Shown: positions 12,138-26,700 of the stretch, in pieces
Numbering within the stretch: position 1 is the stretch's first letter
Layout: each line of letters begins with the position of its first letter
From: Eledone cirrhosa
Lineage: Eukaryota
Length of the DNA stretch: 64,000 nucleotides
Assembly (NCBI GenBank): GCA_964016885.1
Contig: OZ024761.1
Coordinates: 13,516,001-13,580,000 of the forward strand
Direction: 5' to 3'
Program-made: the position numbers and the translations under genes
Notes under the pieces: model-generated
What the model was told of the DNA's origin: nothing
Databases searched by the model: none
Seen by the model: the letters and a program-made list of their open reading frames with translations, nothing else

Positions 12138-12530
12138 TCATCATCATCATCATCATCATCATCGTTTAACGTCCATATTCTACGCTTGCATGGGTTTGGA
12201 CGGGAGTTTTCCCACTTGAGGCAAGATTGGTTGTCTTGCTCGTATAGGGCTGTCTGGCGGGTTTTCTACGGCTGGATGCCCTTCCAAACACCAACCACAT
12301 TTACAGTGTGGAATTTGGAGGTTTTTACCGTGTTACCTACACGGCCACATTACAGCGTGGACTGTGTGTTTTTTTGTCGTGACACCTACACGACCTCATT
12401 TGTTTCGGACTGGATGTTGTGGTACCAACATAACTTTACATTGAAAGGGGTGGGGTGGGGGTAGTGGGATGGGGTGTATTTTGTTAGAGGTGCCTACTGA
12501 CTGTAGTAGGTTTCACTTTGTACTTAGGTA
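12138..12530 (-). mobile_element. RTE family-2 3' UTR / non-autonomous RTE derivative
   Basis: Matches 41098-41500 and 46140-46572; (GAT)n tail. Related short copies at ~13570-13785, 14170-14335, 21665-21975, 23615-23880, 24090-24510, 32560-33410. Confidence 0.8.
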
Positions 12531-12644
12531 GAGAGATAGATATACAACACACACGATAGATAGATATATATACATACATATGTACATACACAGGTATATA
12601 TATGTATATATATATATACACACACATGTACATACATAGGTATA

Positions 12645-12690
<46 letters not shown>

Positions 12691-12909
12691 AGTACATACA
12701 TATGTGTGTATATATGTATGTACGTATAAACAGGTATACATATTCATATATATATATGTAAAGAATAATCGTGGAAAGTGTGTCTTTATTTAATCAGACA
12801 ATAAATATATCTTGAAATTCAGACAGACAGCCAGCCATACAGATAGATTGTTAAGGTGGTTGGTCCTACACACTATAAGAAAGACAGACACATAAGTGTG
12901 CACAATGTC

Positions 12910-13165
12910 TTATAATAATAATGAAATTATTGTGTACAGTGCTCAGGTGCACTACAACTCATCAAAGGTGCATGTATAGTACATAGCATAATGTACAAAT
13001 GTCAGGAAAATGAACAGTGTACGAGTCATGATATAATAACAATAACAATAATGAAATATTGTGTACAGTGCCCAGGTGCACCACAACTCATCAAAAAAGT
13101 GCATGTACAGTACATAGGGCAATGCACAAACATCAGTAAAATGAACAGTGCATGAGTCATGATAC
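12910..13165. repeat. Tandem duplication of ~130 bp (probable retroelement 3' end)
   Basis: ataatgaaa..ttgtgtacagtgc.caggtgcac.acaactcatcaaa...tgaacagtg...gagtcatgata occurs twice. Confidence 0.75.
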
Positions 13166-14685
13166 ACACATGTGTGCATGTGCATGGAAGGGGTACATCA
13201 GGTGTATCTATCTACTTACTCCTCACTTACAACTTTCTGTCTATTTTAGAGAGAGCCATGTTAGTTTAAATGACTTCCCTGGCAATGTTTGTGTGTTTGT
13301 GTGTTTATATTTTCATTCTGTAATTATTATAACCAATGGTTAATGTTATTTATATAACAAAATTTATATAATAAAACTCTTTTAAATGATAGATAGAAAG
13401 ATAGACATACAACACACATAATAAATAGATAGATATTCAAAATAATGGCTTCACTGTGAGAAAGTTTCAGTGCAGCCAACTAGCCTGTCTGTCCTCGTAG
13501 CTGAGCCATCCAGTTCCAGGCTTCCAAACTGTGGTGCCCCTGGGAAAACGGTTTGTTGCGGCCAACCGACCTGTCCCATCCAGTCCTACACTGTAAATGC
13601 GGTTGGTGTTACGAAGGGCTTACAGCTGTAAAACCCCACCCGGCCAAATTTACAGTCCCATCAGAGCAAGGTACAGCATAGCCAATCCTGCACAGACTTG
13701 TCTCTCGACATGGGTGACCCATCTGACTCATGCAAGCATGGAAAAATGGACGTAAAACAATGATGATGATGATGATGATGATGAAAGTAAGCTAAGGACA
13801 AGGAAGTGGATCTCAGTAATGAAAACATCAAATTGTTCCAACCTCTTGTCCATTAGCTTGTATAATATTAGCAACATAACAATCTTATTACCTAAGATGC
13901 TGGCTGATGAAGTCGTGTTGATGGTTGTGTGATCATAGAATCATGTAATCATGACACCACAGAAATATGTATTACAGATGATTATGAATAAAGAATTTGT
14001 GAATATCTACATCTGACCTTCACAATTATCTATGTTGTATTACATATATACATATGTATATACATATACATACACATATACATATGTATATGTATAGAGA
14101 TATGTATATACATATGTATATGTATATAGATATGTATATACATATGTATGTACATATACATATCTATTTTGGTGTTAGGAAGGGCATCCAGCTGTAGAAA
14201 TCAAGCCAGATCAGTTCCTGTATGAGCAAGGCATGGTCAGCCGACCAGACACTGCCCACAACAGGACAACCCGTCTAACCCATGCTAGCGTGGAAGAACG
14301 GACGTAAAACGGTGATGATGATGATGATGATGATGATATACATATGCACATATACATATGTATATGCACATGTACATATGTATGTACATATACATATGTA
14401 TATACATATACATATGTATATACATATACATATATATATGTATATACATATGTACATATACATATACAGATGTATGTACATATGTATATACATATACAGA
14501 TATATTTATATAAATATATATACACACACACACACACACGTGCACACACACACACACACATGAATAAATACAGTGGTCATTATTATATAGGGTATGCACT
14601 CAGTATGTACGCCTGGGTAATTGGTTTGTCGGTGTGAGATAGAAGCTGGGCTACAATGTCTCCTGTTGTTGAGGTCCACCTTCAA

Positions 14686-14782
14686 TTAATAGATGGACGG
14701 CTGGTTGTAGAATGGATTGTTGAAATGACTCTGTTGCACATTTACATCATCCATATTCACTAAAAGATCGTCTTGGTCTGAT
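14686..14782 (-). CDS. Exon 14 (cytoplasmic tail, stop)
   Basis: tacag|A TCA GAC...: SDQDDLLVNMDDVNVQQSHFNNPFYNQPSIY*; phase 2 matches exon 13. Confidence 0.88.
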
Positions 14783-17700
14783 CTGTAATACAGCTTATTG
14801 AACAGGTGTCTATAATAGAACAAAATTAGAGAGCTTACTGAACAGGTGTCTATAATAGAACAAAATTAGAGAGCTTACTGAACAGGTGTCTATAATAGAA
14901 CAAAATTAGAGAGCTTACTGAACAGGTGTCTATAATAGAACAAAATTAGAGAGCTTACTGAACAGGTGTCTATAATACAACAAAATTAGAGAGCTTACTG
15001 AACAGGTGTCTATAATACAACAAAATTAGAGAGCTTACTGAACAGGTGTCTATAATAGAACAAAATTAGAGAGCTTACTGAACAGGTGTCTATAATAGAA
15101 CAAAATTAGAGAGCTTACTGAACAGGTGTCTATAATACAACAAAATTAGAGAGCTTACTGAACAGGTGTCTATAATACAACAAAATTAGAGAGCTTACTG
15201 AACAGGTGTCTATAATAGAACAAAATTAGAGAGCTTACTGAACAGGTGTCTATAATACAACAAAATTAGAGAGCTTACTGAACAGGTGTCTATAATACAA
15301 CAAAATTAGAGAGCTTACTGAACAGGTGTCTATAATAGAACAAAATTAGAGAGCTTACTGAACAGGTGTCTATAATAGAACAAAATTAGAGAGCTTACTG
15401 AACAGGTGTCTATAATACAACAAAATTAGAGAGCTTACTGAACAGGTGTCTATAATACAACAAAATTAGAGAGCTTACTGAACAGGTGTCTATAATAGAA
15501 CAAAATTAGAGAGCTTACTGAACAGGTGTCTATAATACAACAAAATTAGAGAGCTTACTGAACAGGTGTCTATAATAGAACAAAATTAGAGAGCTTACTG
15601 AACAGGTGTCTATAATAGAACAAAATTAGAGAGCTTACTGAACAGGTGTCTATAATACAACAAAATTAGAGAGCTTACTGAACAGGTGTCTATAATACAA
15701 CAAAATTAGAGAGCTTACTGAACAGGTGTCTATAATAGAACAAAATTAGAGAGCTTACTGAACAGGTGTCTATAATACAACAAAATTAGAGAGCTTACTG
15801 AACAGGTGTCTATAATAGAACAAAATTAGAGAGCTTACTGAACAGGTGTCTATAATAGAACAAAATTAGAGAGCTTACTGAACAGGTGTCTATAATACAA
15901 CAAAATTAGAGAGCTTACTGAACAGGTGTCTATAATACAACAAAATTAGAGAGCTTACTGAACAGGTGTCTATAATAGAACAAAATTAGAGAGCTTACTG
16001 AACAGGTGTCTATAATACAACAAAATTAGAGAGCTTACTGAACAGGTGTCTATAATACAACAAAATTAGAGAGCTTACTGAACAGGTGTCTATAATACAA
16101 CAAAATTAGAGAGCTTACTGAACAGGTGTCTATAATACAACAAAATTAGAGAGCTTACTGAACAGGTGTCTATAATACAACAAAATTAGAGAGCTTACTG
16201 AACAGGTGTCTATAATAGAACAAAATTAGAGAGCTTACTGAACAGGTGTCTATAATACAACAAAATTAGAGAGCTTACTGAACAGGTGTCTATAATAGAA
16301 CAAAATTAGAGAGCTTACTGAACAGGTGTCTATAATAGAACAGCAGAAATAGAGAGCTTACTGAACAGAATTAGAGAGTTTACTGAACGGAGGGGGGGGG
16401 GCAAAAGGAGAAGGATGGTGAAGAGAATAAGGGAAAGGAAGTGGGGTGAAAGGAAAGTGGAGAAGTGAGAGGAAGAGAAGGGGGAAGAGAAGGAGGGGAA
16501 GACGAGAGTGGAGAGGACGAGGAAGAGAAGGAGGGTGAAGAGGATGAGGAAGAGAAGGAGGGTGGAGAGAGAAAGGAAGAGAAGGAGGGTGGAGAGGATG
16601 AGGGAGAGGAAGAGAAGGAGGGTGGAGAGGATGAGGGAAAGGAAGAGAAGGGTGGAGAGGATGAGGGAGAAGGGTCGAGAGGATGAGGGAGAGGAAGAGA
16701 AGGAGGGTGGAGAGGATGAGGGAAAGGAAGAGAAGGGTGGAGAGGAGGGTGGAGAGGATGAGGGAGAGGAAGAGAAGGAGGGTGGAGAGAGGAAGAGAAG
16801 GGGGTGGAGAGGATGAGGGAGAAAGAGAGGAAGAGAAGAAGGGTGAAGAAGTAACTCACCTCAGGTTCTTCCGTTTATATTTCATGTAAATAAAAACAAT
16901 GGCAACAATAATCACAAACACTGCCAACAGACTAAGTAGGACGGCTAGTGTTACGTTGCCATTTGAAGTATCCTCTGTAAAACAAAAAAAATGTATTTGT
17001 CCAATTGAATCAGAGATTTTGGTTTTGAATTATAAACTTCTCCTTTCGCCCACACCTCATAGGAAAAATTTGCATGGCATTAACCCTTTAGCATTTACAT
17101 TACTCTATATATACTATTGTATTTTCACAGTCAAGGCTTTACCTCACATAACATTTACATTACTCTATATATACTATTGTATTTTCACAGTCAAGGCTTT
17201 ACCTCACATAACATTTACATTACTCTATATATACTATTGTATTTTCACAGTAAAGGCTTTACCTAACATAACATTTACATTACTCTATATATACTATTGT
17301 ATTTTCACAGTAAAGGCTTTACCTCACATAACATTTACATTACTCTATATATACTATTGTATTTTCACAGTAAAGGCTTTACCTAACATAACATTTACAT
17401 TACTCTATATATACTATTGTATTTTCACAGTGAAGGCTTTACCCCACATAATATCTCACGTAGCATTTACGTTACTCTATATATACTATTGTATTTTCAC
17501 AGTGAAGGCTTTACCCCACATAATATCTCACGTAGCATTTACATTACTCTATATATACTATTGTATTTTCACAGTGAAGGCTTTACCTCACATAATATCT
17601 CACATAACATTTACATTACTCTATATATACTATTGTATTTTCACAGTAAAGGCTTTACCTCACATAATATCTCACATAACATTTACATTACTCTATATAT

Positions 17701-20700
17701 ACTATTGTATTTTCACAGTAAAGGCTTTACCTCACATAATATCTCACATAACATTTACATTACTCTATATATACTATTGTATTTTCACAGTAAAGGCTTT
17801 ACCTCACATAATATCTCACATAACATTTACATTACTCTATATATACTATTGTATTTTCACAGTAAAGGCTTTACCTCACATAATATCTCACATAACATTT
17901 ACATTACTCTATATATACTATTGTATTTTCACAGTAAAGGCTTTACCTCACATAATATCTCACAACATTTACATTACTCTATATATACTATTGTATTTTC
18001 ACAGTAAAGGCTTTACCTCACATAATATCTCACATAACATTTACATTACTCTATATATACTATTGTATTTTCACAGTAAAGGCTTTACCTCACATAATAT
18101 CTCACATAACATTTACATTACTCTATATATACTATTGTATTTTCACTGTAAAGGCTTTACCTCACATAATATCTCACATAACATTTACATTACTCTATAT
18201 ATACTATTGTATTTTCACAGTAAAGGCTTTACCTCACATAATATCTCACATAACATTTACATTACTCTATATATACTATTGTATTTTCACAGTAAAGGCT
18301 TTACCTCACATAATATCTCACAACATTTACATTACTCTATATATACTATTGTATTTTCACTGTAAAGGCTTTACCTCACATAATATATCACATAACATTT
18401 ACATTACTCTATATATACTATTGTATTTTCACAGTAAAGGCTTTACCTCACATAATATCTCACATAACATTTACATTACTCTATATATACTATTGTATTT
18501 TCACAGTAAAGGCTTTACCTCACATAATATCTCACAACATTTACATTACTCTATATATACTATTGTATTTTCACTGTAAAGGCTTTACCTCACATAATAT
18601 CTCACATAACATTTACATTACTCTATATATACTATTGTATTTTCACAGTAAAGGCTTTACCTCACATAATATCTCACAACATTTACATTACTCTATATAT
18701 ACTATTGTATTTTCACAGTAAAGGCTTTACCTCACATAATATCTCACATAACATTTACATTACTCTATATATACTATTGTATTTTCACAGTAAAGGCTTT
18801 ACCTCACATAATATCTCACAACATTTACATTACTCTATATATACTATTGTATTTTCACTGTAAAGGCTTTACCTCACATAATATCTCACAACATTTACAT
18901 TACTCTATATATATTATTGTATTTTCACAGTAAAGGCTTTACCTCACATAATATCTCACATAACATTTACATTACTCTATATATACTATTGTATTTTCAC
19001 AGTAAAGGCTTTACCTCACATAATATCTCACAACATTTACATTACTCTATATATACTATTGTATTTTCACAGTAAAGGCTTTACCTCACATAATATCTCA
19101 CATAACATTTACATTACTCTATATATACTATTGTATTTTCACAGTGAAGGCTTTACCTCACATAATATCTCACATAACATTTACATTACTCTATATATAC
19201 TATTATATTTTCACAGTAAAGGCTTTACCTCACATAATATCTCACATAACATTTACATTACTCTATATATACTATTGTATTTTCACAGTAAAGGCTTTAC
19301 CTCACATAACATTTACATTACTCTATATATACTATTGTATTTTCACAGTAAAGGCTTTACCTCACATAATATCTCACAACATTTACATTACTCTATATAT
19401 ACTATTGTATTTTCACAGTAAAGGCTTTACCTCACATAATATCTCACAACATTTACATTACTCTATATATACTATTGTATTTTCACAGTAAAGGCTTTAC
19501 CTCACATAATATCTCACAACATTTACATTACTCTATATATACTATTGTATTTTCACAGTGAAGGCTTTACCTCACATAATATCTCACATAACATTTACAT
19601 TACTCTATATATACTATTATATTTTCACAGTAAAGGCTTTACCTCACATAATATCTCACATAACATTTACATTACTCTATATATACTATTGTATTTTCAC
19701 AGTGAAGGCTTTACCTCACATAATATCTCACATAACATTTACATTACTCTATATATACTATTGTATTTTCACAGTAAAGGCTTTACCTCACATAATATCT
19801 CACAACATTTACATTACTCTATATATACTATTGTATTTTCACAGTAAAGGCTTTACCTCACATAATATCTCACATAACATTTACATTACTCTATATATAC
19901 TATTGTATTTTCACAGTGAAGGCTTTACCTCACATAATATCTCACATAACATTTACATTACTCTATATATACTATTGTATTTTCACAGTAAAGTTATGGC
20001 TGGTTTGAACAGACTTTACCTCACATAATATCTCATATAATATTGAATCTATGAGATTTTGATCTTATTTATTTTGAGAACAATACCTTAACATCAGTAT
20101 GAGCAGCCAGTTACAGCTGGTTTGAATAGACTTTGCCTTGCATATCATATAATATTGAATCTATGAGATTTTGATGTTACTTATTTTGAGAACAATACCT
20201 TAACATCGGTATTTGGTTTGAACAGAAAGAGGTGAGAGAATTCTGGTCAGATACAACCGGTTTAAATGCTAAAGGGTTAAGTCAGGGCCTCTTGCTGTCC
20301 ATTCTGGTGAACCTCGATGACCCAACCAATGCCCTGAAAATTGGATATCAAGCCACACCAGGACGGTGCCTGCAAAATGATGAGGGGCGCCAACTTGCCT
20401 GAATATGAGGTCATTGATGTTGTCCCAAGTGGTCGCAGTAGATCAAACATCTGACAGCTGGTAAGACTATTTGGAATGCAAGGGGGTAATGCCAATTGAG
20501 ATCAGGGCATTAGGGTCAATGTTATTGAAACGTTAAGATTTCTTCTAAAGCGACTGGGAACACCATACAGGTTGGATGTTGTACAAAAGGTGCCTGCGCA
20601 CATTTTGAGGAAAGTATTATCTGTGTGAGGTCCTTGTTGTGACATGACACATGACTAAATACCCCAGTGCATTATCAATCTGCACTGCATGACAGAGCGA

Positions 20701-23700
20701 TAACAACAACAACAACAACAATGGTTTCTGATTTAGGCACAAGGCCAGCAATTGGGAGGAGGGGAGGGGGACAAGAAAGTCGATTAAATCGACCCCAGTG
20801 CATGACTGGTACTTTATTTTATCGACCCCGTAAGGATGAAAGGCAAAGTTAACCTCGGCGGGATTTGAACTCAGATCATAAAGGACTGTAACTCAATGCT
20901 GCAAAGCATGGCGTCCGGCCCTCTACCGACACTGCCAATCCACCGCCCTTTAAAATGATTTCTGATTTAGGCACAAAGCCAACAATTTGAAGGGAGGGGA
21001 AAGTCGATTAAATCGACCCCAGTGAGTTACTGGTACTTTATTCAGTCGACCGACCCCATAAGGATGAAAGACAAAGCTAACTTCGGGATTTGAACTCAGA
21101 CTGTAAAGGCCCGTAACTCTGCCGCGAAGCATGGTCTCCCTTAATATTAATAATTGTTTCTACTTTAGGCACAAGGCCAGCAATTACCCCAGTACATTAC
21201 TGGTACTTTATTTTATCGACCCCGTAAGGATGAAAGGCAAAGTCAACCTCGGCAGGATTTGAACTCAGATCGTAAAGGGACGTAACTCTATGCTGGAAAG
21301 CATGGCGTCCGACCCTTTACCGATACTGCCAATCCACCGCCCATATATTAATAATAATAATTGTTTCTACTTTTGGCACAAGGCCAGCAATTACCCCAGT
21401 ACATTACTGGTACTTTAATTTATCGACCCTGTAAGGATGAAAGGCAAAGTTAACCTCGGCAGGATTTGAACTCAGATGTAAAGGGACGTAACTCTATGCT
21501 AGAAAGCATGGCGTCCGACTCTCTACCGATGCTGCAACAATAATATACCTACTTGGAACAGCAAGGAGCCTCTCATGTGACCTGAACATCTGAGGCTGTG
21601 GGTAACAGCAGCCTCAGATATTCATTAGGGTAATTATTCCAATTGAATATCATCAATAACTGAGACATCATTATCATCATCATCACCGTTTTACGTCCAT
21701 TCTTCCACGCTAGCATGGGATAGACGGGTTGTCCTGTTGTGGGCAGTGTCTGGTCGGCTGACCTTCTCTTGCTCATACAGGAACTGATTTGGCTTGATTT
21801 CTACAGCTGGATGCCCTTCCTAACACCAACCTCATTTACAGTGAGTGCTGGGTGCTTTTTTGCCGTGGCACCTCCACGACCACCCTACGGTGGGTGGTAT
21901 GTGGGCATATTGTCTATATGCTTCAGCTTTGGCTTGTACCCATGGGAGGTCGGGTACTCTGTATTACTGCGTGACAGTAGTAAAAAAAATAATTTATAAT
22001 AATTTTGTTCTTACCTTTAGACAGTTTGTCCGGTGTAAAGGTTGACTGTCGATACACAGCGATGTGTTTCTCGCCAACTGTGAAGTTCGCATAATTTGGT
22101 GTAAATAGAGATGTGTAGCATTTAAAAAGTGATATTAGGTTAGTTGCGTTATAACCCAGCAAGGTAATATTCACTACCGCCATGTGTTTCGTGAGGTTCG
22201 TGGAAATATCTAGAAACATATAAAACAATAATAATAAAAATAATAATAATTTTTTTATTATTAGTCACAAGGGCCGAACATAGAGGAGAATATATGACAG
22301 GGGACAGTGGGGAATATGGAGGACAATATAGGGGACAGTGGGGAATATGGAGGACAATATAGGGGACAGTGGGTAACAGAGGAGAATATATGACAGGGGA
22401 CAGTGGGGAATATGGAGGACAATATAGGGGAGAGTGGGTAACATAGAGGAGAATATATGAAAGGGGACAGTGGGGAATATGGAGGACAATAGAAAGACAG
22501 GGAAAGTGGGGAACATTGAAGATAATATATGACGGGACATAGAGGACAATATATGACAGGGGACAGTGGGGAATATAGAGAATACAAGGACAGGGGACAG
22601 TGGGGAATATTGAGGACAATACAGGGGACAGTGGGCAATATTGAGGACAATATAAAGACGGGATAGGTAGGGGGGGGGGTTACATGCAATCAGGTAGAAA
22701 AAATTAAAAACAAATAAACGAAAAAAAATATCAACAACAGAATTCCCCAATAAATGGGGTGGGGTGGGTGGGTACCACCCGGAGGGGGAGGATGATGTCA
22801 GCAACCCCATAAATCCCAACCCACCCTCATCTGCAAGAGCACCCTGGAAAGGTGCTACTCTCTCCCTCCATCTTTCCAGCCTACATGCTCCCTTGGCAGG
22901 ATTTGAACCCAGAACGTAAAGGGCCGTAACTCTATGACGCAAAGCATGGTGCTCGACGCTCTACCGATTCTGCCAAATAATGGTTTCTTATATAGGCACA
23001 AGGCCAGCAATTTGGGAGGAGGGGATAGTCAATTAAATCGACCCCAGTACATTACTGGTACTTTATTTTATCGACCCCCGTAAGGATGAAAGGCAAAGTT
23101 AACCTTGGCGGGATTTGAACTCAGAATGTAAGGGGCCGTAACTTTATGCCGCGAAGCATGGTGTCCGACGCTCTACTGATACTGCCAATCCATGATTTCT
23201 GATTTAGGCATAAGGGTCAATAATATTGTTAGGGAGCGGCAGGGGGGTTAAGTCAATTAAATTGACCCACGAAAAGCAAAGTTGAGAGAAAACAAGAAGA
23301 ACAGGAACCAGACCCCCCAAAAAACCAGTTAATTTACCTTTAAAGAAATCTTTCGATAACATGCAATTAGGTTTGCTACTGATCTTATCAACAAGCTCAT
23401 ATATGAACATTTCCTTAAACCTATCAATTTTCTCCTTCAAAACTACCACCATCTTTAGTTGCTTATGATGCTTCATTTCTGGACATTTATTCAATTTGTT
23501 GAAACTCGGGGCAGAAACTTTAATTTCCTTGTCTTCACATAAGTTCAGACTCCAGTCAGCAGATAACTCTCTGAAAGAAAGTAAACACCAACAATTACAA
23601 CAACAACAACAACATATCATCATCATCATCATCTTCGTTTAACGTCCATTTTCCACGCTAGCATGGGTTAGACGGGAGTTGTCCCACTTGAGGCAAGGCT

Positions 23701-26700
23701 GGTCGGGTGACCGTGTCTCGCTCGTATAGGACTATCTGGCAGGTTTTCTACGGCTGGATGCCCTTCCTAACACCAACCACATTTACAGTGTGGAACTGGG
23801 AACTTTTTAGCGTGTTACCTACACGGCCACATTAGAGAGTGGACTGTGTGTGTTTTTTGTCGTGACACCTACACGATCTTATATATGTATATAAATAATT
23901 GTTTCTACTTTTGGCACAAGGCCAGCAATTACCCAGTGCATTACTGGTACTTTATTCTATCGACCCCGTAAGGATGAAAGGCAAAGTTAACCTCGGCAGG
24001 ATTTGAACTCAGAATGGCAAGAGCCGTAACTCTATGCGTCAAAGCATGGCATCCGACCCTCTACCGATGCTGCCAATCCACCGTAATAACAGTAATACAG
24101 AAGACCCGCCTTGCCTATGTACAAAGAGAAACCTACAGTCAGTAGGCACCTCTTAACCAAATATACACCCCATCCCACTACCCCTACCCCTACCACCCCA
24201 CACCACCCTTTCTCTGTAAAGTTATGTTGGTATCACAACATCCAGTCCTAAACAAATGAGGTCGTGTAGGTGTCACGACAAAAAAACACACAGTCCACGC
24301 TGTAATGTGGCCATGTAGGTAACATGGTAAAAACCTCCCAGCCCCACACTGTAAACGTGGTTGGTGTTAGGAAGGGCATCCAGCCGTAGAAAACCCGCCA
24401 GACAGTCCTATACGAGCGAGACGACCAATCTTGCCTCAAGTGGGACAATTCCCGTCTAAACCCATGCTAGCGTGGAAGATGGATGTTAAACGATGGTGAT
24501 GATGATGATAATGAACACCACCAACAACAACAACAGCAGCAGCAGCAGCAACAATTACAACAACATATATATATAAATAAATAGTACAATTACTCCAAGA
24601 ATAACCTACATGAGAATTCTCGCAAACTCGCTACCTAACTAAGGAAAGCTCTTGTTGAGTCAAACATCATCATCATCACCATCATCATCATCATTTTACG
24701 TCCGCTTTTCCCTGCTTGCAAGGGTGGGACGGGAACTGATTCTGGCTTGATTTCTACAGCTGGGTGCCCTTCCTAACACCAACCTCATTTACAGTGTGGG
24801 CTGGGTGCTTTTTTTGCCGTGGCACCTCCACGACCACTTTGCAGTGGAATGATAGGGACCCCAGTCCCTATCATCTCATTTCTACAGCTGAGTAAACTGG
24901 AGCAATGTGAAATAAAGTGTCTTGCTCAAGGAAACAACACAGCACCCGGTCTGAGAATATATATATATATATATATATATATGTAAAAATAACACCACCA
25001 CCACCACCACCACCACCGACAGCAACAATTACAACAGCAACATAAATATATATATAACACCACCACCAACAACAACAGCAGCAATTACAACAACATATAT
25101 AAATAACACCACCACCACCAACAACAACAATTACAACAGCAACATAAATAACACCACCACCAACAACAACAACAATTACAACAACATATATATATAACAC
25201 CACCACCAACAACAACAACACCGACAACAACAATAATGGTTTCTCATATAGGCACAAGGCCAGCAATTTGGGAGGAGGGGAAGTCGAATAAATCGACCCC
25301 ATTGCGTGACTGGTACTTTATTTTATCAACCGCGTAAGGATGAAAGGCAAAGTTAACCTCGGCGCGATTTGAACTCAGATCATAAAGTGTCGTAACGCTG
25401 TGCTGCAAAGCATGGCGTCTGACACTCTACCGATTCTGCCAATCGACCACCCAACAATAATGAAAACAGTACCAACAACAATAACAAAAACAACATTCAA
25501 CAAAAACAATAACAAACACAATACCAACAACAATAACAGCAACAAAAACAATACCAACAACAACAACAAGAAAAAACAGTATCAACACCAACACCAACAA
25601 TAAAACACCAACAACAACTTAAGTGGTACAAATTCTGGATTATTTTCAAAATGATATGAAATTTCTAAGCAGTGTCTTTAACCCTTTAGCATTCAAACCA
25701 GCCATATCCGGCCAGAATTCTCTCACCTCTTTCTGTTCAAACTGGTGTAACCGGTTGCTTATACTTATGTTAAGGTATTGTTCTCAAAATAACTAATATC
25801 AAAGTTTCATAGATTCGATATTAAGTGAGATAAAGTGTTTAACGTGAAAATACAATAGTAGATATGTGTGTATTTGTGACAGCTGACACCTGTGCAGGTT
25901 TAGCTGGCCTCCTCCAAGGTATATCTCGTTAGAGGTGTCTTGGGTAATTTAATGGTAGGGACCCCAGTCCTATCATCTCATTTCTACAGCTGAGTAAACT
26001 GGAGCAACGTGAAATAAAGTGTCTTGCTCAAGGAAACAACACATCACCCGGTCCAAGAATTGATCTCACAACCTTTCGATTGCACACCCAATGCTCTAAC
26101 CACTAAGCCATGTGCCTTCTATAGTAAATATAGAGTAATATAAATACTAAAGGGTTGATTAAATATATGTTAATGAAAATTTGTATTGTAAAATGAGGGG
26201 GAGCATGTTTATCAGGTGGGTTAGTATGAAAAAGGGTTAAGAAAGCTTGTTGTTCTAATCCAACATACCTAGGGCTTATTTCCACTGGTCTGTGTGAATC
26301 ACACAGCTTTATTTTGGGTTTAGTGTTGTTTTTCTTCATCGGAATATCTGCCATCATATAGGCAACACAGTCAATTGGTGGAGAATCTTTGGGGGCTCCG
26401 GCTGTGTATAACCTCAGGACACCTGTGTTACCCAAGCGCTGGCAAAATAGACAAATGAATAAATAAATTAAAAGTAAATAAACATAGAAAATGGTGAGTG
26501 GAATTTGAAAATTGAATTAATCTTTAGCGTGCTAGTATTTTTTATGAGTTGTTTTCCATAACACTGAATTATGTATTAAGGGTAGATCACTCTAAGGTGC
26601 TTCGTGTTGCCAATAACGTGTTAAAGGTTAACAGATTTTGCTGTATTTTTGACTGAACCAAATAGTCTAATAAGAGGGCAAGCCATGTTCAGAAGAGCTG

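Noticed and set aside
13898-13980. CTGATGA...GAAA hammerhead-like motif
   Set aside because: Stem I is mismatched next to the core and stem II is weak; at best a decayed copy.
14792-16386. CRISPR-like regular repeats
   Set aside because: No unique spacers, no cas genes, eukaryotic context.
16899-20028. 488-aa and neighbouring repetitive ORFs
   Set aside because: Read-through of the MITE-derived satellite, antisense to a real intron/exon.
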